Part shown: piece after piece, positions 62,598-64,000 of the stretch
Layout: every line of letters begins with the position of its first letter
Numbering within the stretch: the stretch's first letter is position 1
NCBI RefSeq assembly: GCF_006345805.1
Contig: NC_043021.1
Span: 18,662,001-18,726,000 of the forward strand
Reading direction: 5' to 3'
Length of the DNA stretch: 64,000 nucleotides
From: Octopus sinensis
Lineage: Eukaryota
The notes under the pieces: generated by a model
What the model was told of the DNA's origin: nothing
Seen by the model: the letters and a program-made list of their open reading frames with translations, nothing else
The model's database searches: none
Translations under genes and position numbers: made by a program

Positions 62598-64000
62598 ATT
62601 TCTACAATAAAGTAAAAAAAAAAAAATATATATATATATATATGAATAGACATTAATAGCATAGACTTCAGTTAGGATTGAACCTGAAATAATAACATTT
62701 AAAATGGAAAGGATTACAAACTCATACCTAAAGATGTCATACAATCAGCATTCTCCATCTGACCAGAACTCTGTGTGCGTGTGTGTATAGATGGCGCATG
62801 GCCTAATGGTTAAGGTGTTTGGACTCATGATCAAAAGGTCGTGGTTTCAATCCCTAGATCGGGTGTTGCGTTGTGTTCTTGAGCAAAACACTTCATTTCA
62901 CATTGCTCTGTGATCACCTCAACACCTGACTTGTGGCACACAGTGCACCTGTTCAGACAACATTTTTTTTTTCCAACTGGGGTAACCATGTACCTTCCCT
63001 ACAGCAAGGCACACGTTCCTTGCTCATCACCTGGGCACAAACCCACCTCCTTCAATACTATTCCGCCGTCCTCAGTTGAGGGAGTCTTGTTTTGCCAGTA
63101 ACTAGGTGACCTCACTGATGCTGGTGCCATGTAAAAAGCACTCGGTATAGTGGTTCACATTAGGAAGGGCATCCAGCCATAGAAGCCATGCCAAAACAGA
63201 CAATGGAGTTTGGCGCCGTCTTCTGGCTTGCCACCTCGACCCATGCTAGTATGGAAAATGGATGCTAAACAATCCTTTCTACTAAAGGCACAAGGCCTGG
63301 ATTTTTGTAGGGAGGGGGCCAGTCGATTAGATCGACCCCAGTGCGTAACTGGTACTTAATTTATCGACCCCGAAAGGATGAAAGGCAAAATCGACCTCGG
63401 TGGAATTTGAAGTCAGAATATAGCGACAGGTGAAATACCACTAAGCATTTTGTCCAGTGTGCTAACGATTCTGCCAGGTTGCCACCTTCAAATAGATGTT
63501 GAATAATGATGTCGTCATCACTATCGTACAAGTAATGTCATTGATTTACAAAATTCTGCCTTTCATCCCTTTGAGAGTGAAAAAATAAAGTACTGGTTGT
63601 GTACTGGGTTCAATGTACCAACTTTCCTACCCCTAAAATTGCCGACCCTGTGACAAAATTACAAAACATACTAGCAACAAAAGAAATTTCGCAAAAAGAA
63701 AGCAAGAAAAAAAAAAAAACTGATGGAGCAAAATAAATACCTATTTCTTTATTACTCACAAGGGGCTAAACAAGTACAGACATAGGTATTAAGTTGATTA
63801 CATCGACCCCAGTGCGTAACTGGTACTTAATTTATCGACCCTGAAAAGATAAAAGGCAAAGTCGACCTCGGCGGAATTTGAACTCACAACATAATGGCAG
63901 ACGAAATACCGCTAAGCATTTTGCCCAGCGTGCTAACGTTTCTGCCAGCTCGCCGCCTTATAAATAAATACCAGTTGACTTTCATGAAAGACAATGCTGC

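Overview
Eukaryotic, AT-rich, repeat-dense animal DNA. The tRNA-derived SINE families, (TA)n tracts and gene structures point to a coleoid cephalopod, most likely Octopus (inference from repeat content). The window holds two convergent multi-exon housekeeping genes, both reconstructed by hand with GT-AG boundaries and matching phases. GLOD4 (+, 10 coding exons, 14022-35267, 311 aa) is a glyoxalase-domain protein. DDX19/Dbp5 (-, 11 coding exons, 62597-38437, 495 aa) is a DEAD-box mRNA-export helicase. A tRNA-Gly(GCC) gene lies head-to-head with the GLOD4 promoter. Most of the rest is transposon debris: a 3.3-kb degenerate CR1-group LINE inside a foldback element, RTE/RTEX, CR1 and R4-type LINE fragments, a DD37D (maT) transposase relic, mariner-, piggyBac- and Helentron-type non-autonomous elements, and at least five SINE families. 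The best leads are: a minimal type I hammerhead ribozyme on the DDX19 sense strand; a CUG-initiated, mitochondrial-presequence-like extension of GLOD4; a recursive-splice-type AG|GTGAGT site at DDX19 exon 2; a candidate E2F-associated in-frame alternative first exon in DDX19 intron 6; a LINE/SINE pair sharing a 3' stem-loop with compensatory changes; and head-to-tail SINE multimers with a recurring junction. Nothing was checked against databases. Repeat boundaries are approximate unless a TSD or TIR is quoted.
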